A stretch of 64,000 bases of DNA from Bispira polyomma. Its lineage: Eukaryota. Of the stretch, positions 62,201 to 64,000 are shown piece by piece. The notes under the pieces were generated by a model that was given only the letters and a program-made list of their open reading frames with translations, made no database searches and was not told the DNA's origin. Position 1 is the first letter of the stretch; every line of letters starts with the position of its first letter. The position numbers and the translations under genes were made by a program. The DNA is taken from contig OZ287748.1 in NCBI GenBank assembly GCA_965649765.1, forward strand, positions 12,338,001 to 12,402,000, given 5' to 3'.

Positions 62201-63390
62201 TGTTACTATGGGAAATATTATGGTAGCATAATCTAGTAACTCTACTCCCTATAAAATTCAGTAGGTCTGTAATCCTTAGTAAGTGATTCGTGTAACAGTG
62301 TAGCTGTAGCTTACTATGGCTTTACTAAAAGAAAGAGTTTACTGGGATATATACCTTATACTTGTTTTAGGATTGTTTGTGAAACTGGGACCTAAATACT
62401 TTATAGTATTGTATGAAATTATTAGAAAATATTGCAAAGCTATGGCAACAATTAAGTATTCCATTTGACTGGATTTCATCCAAGTTATTTTCAAGTAAGA
62501 ATGAATGTAAGAAAAAAACATGTGATTAATTATAGTGGTGCTTGGTGTAAGTTAGTAAGGATAAAAACTATTTCTCTATTTTAAGGTTTTAGGTTTAAGT
62601 ATCTTATATTGGTACAAATTCGTGTTCAATGACAGTAAAAACTCAGTATTAAAATGTGATTGAATTACAAATAGAATATGGGACTTTTGTCGGTGAGAAT
62701 GGTGGTATCTCAACAATTATTCTTATGTTGCACATTCATTTATAACCTTGCCCGCTGAAGATGTTTGGTGGGCCTTCAGTTTTGTTGTGTGTGTCCCATT
62801 TTTAGGGAGGCCCTCTTATGACATACAGTTCTTTTTCACCCTTACCAGAATCAGAGAGGCTCAGTGACATAGTGGTTAATGGGCGGCTTGCACTTTCACA
62901 TTGGCCATGCTATTTTGCCTGCATACCCCCTGCGATAAAAATGTATGTTCATCGGCAAACCAAACACACTTTTTAGGCACGGTCAGCTTTCCAAATATGG
63001 TCATGCTGGGTATGACAGAGAGTGTAACACGTTATTTAACAATTTATTAGTGTGTATAGAAGAATCCATTGCGTTTTCTCCTGCTGGGCAACCACGTGAG
63101 AGTGCGTATATTGCAATCGTAATAGGATCCTTGTAGGTATGCAGAAAATGTTATTCGATTATTGTAGGGCTTCTGCATATTATGGGTACTTTGTACATAC
63201 CTTGTACATACCTTGTACTATTTGCAGATCAGCGTGCTTTCTGGCCAGGATCCTCACATGTCCTGAGGTATCTGGCAGGGGATTAAGGAAATCTGGATAG
63301 GTCACTATATAAGGACCAAAAAGCTGGCCTTCCATTCATTGTATTCATAGCTTTTGAGGGACACACATTCTAAAACTATTTGATTAGGTC

Positions 63391-63635
63391 ATGGCTCTTG
63401 AAAGAAATGAATTTCTAAATATTTTAGTAGATGTACAGTTAACCAGAGATTAATCGAACTTAGCCATGTGTCAGTATTATCTGAGAAGATATAGGTAAAG
63501 ACCAAGGAGGAGTGTTTGGCTACGGAGCTTACTGGCAAGAAGGCCACAATATGGTCAATATGGGCACTTGATGGCTGAGCTGGCAATTAAGGATCAGACT
63601 GCCTTTAAAGAGTTTGTGTGGCTCGATCTGGCACT
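63391..63635 (+). pseudogene. N-terminal remnant of a Harbinger (HARBI1-like) transposase
   Basis: Manual translation gives RPRRSVWLRSLLARRPQYGQYGHLMAELAIKDQTAFKEFVWLD, with upstream in-frame stops. Confidence 0.7.
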
Positions 63636-64000
63636 TGCCTCCCATCTCTTATGTCATGGGTTAGAATCTTAGCCGCGGCTTTATTTAGCAAAGTTGGCAG
63701 TTACTTGCCGATGGCCGGTGGGTGACAGCACAATCTTGACCAACTAGTATGCATTGCTCTCCCTCACCACTAAAACTGACCCATACAATGTTTACAAAGC
63801 GATGTTAAACTGCAATCAATCCAATAATAGAGAAGTATGACACATGCTACAAAAAGGCTATCAATCAACCCTGGATGTAGGCTTGCCTTTACGATTCGTT
63901 TTCTAGCCACCTAGAGTTTAATGTATGGATTCAGGGTTGCCCACATCACAATTTTAATTATTGTTATGACAATGCTGTGATGCCATTTTTGAAGAGTATC

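Noticed and set aside
61730-62231. Gly-rich and Pro-rich ORFs in all six frames
   Set aside because: Translation artefacts of the (CCCCCCTTGTA)n satellite

Overview
AT-rich eukaryotic (metazoan, probably lophotrochozoan/mollusc-like; this is inference) genomic DNA, dense in transposable elements. There are three host genes. One is a ~1,088-aa multi-pass membrane protein of unknown family whose coding sequence is a single exon (30236-33502, -). The other two are tandem SLC46/PCFT-like MFS transporter paralogues: one complete with 6 exons, one with only 2 exons visible before a TE pile-up. A near-perfect 3 x 4,555-bp tandem triplication sits immediately downstream of the membrane gene. Mobile elements include three L2/CR1-group LINE fragments, two tyrosine-recombinase (Ngaro/DIRS-like) retrotransposons, a tRNA-derived SINE family with clear TSDs, and PIF/Harbinger remnants and MITEs. 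The most notable feature is a 5.67-kb Penelope-like element (54743-60410) bounded by a 14-bp TSD, with hammerhead-containing terminal repeats and a twin-priming-type inversion. Undoing the inversion gives a three-ORF element: basic helical ORF, RT/GIY-YIG ORF, then an intact C2H2 zinc-finger ORF. A second notable observation is a phase-matched splice donor/acceptor pair that would express the ATG-less tyrosine recombinase of the Ngaro-like element as a Gag-N-terminal fusion. All calls were made by eye, with no database searches.
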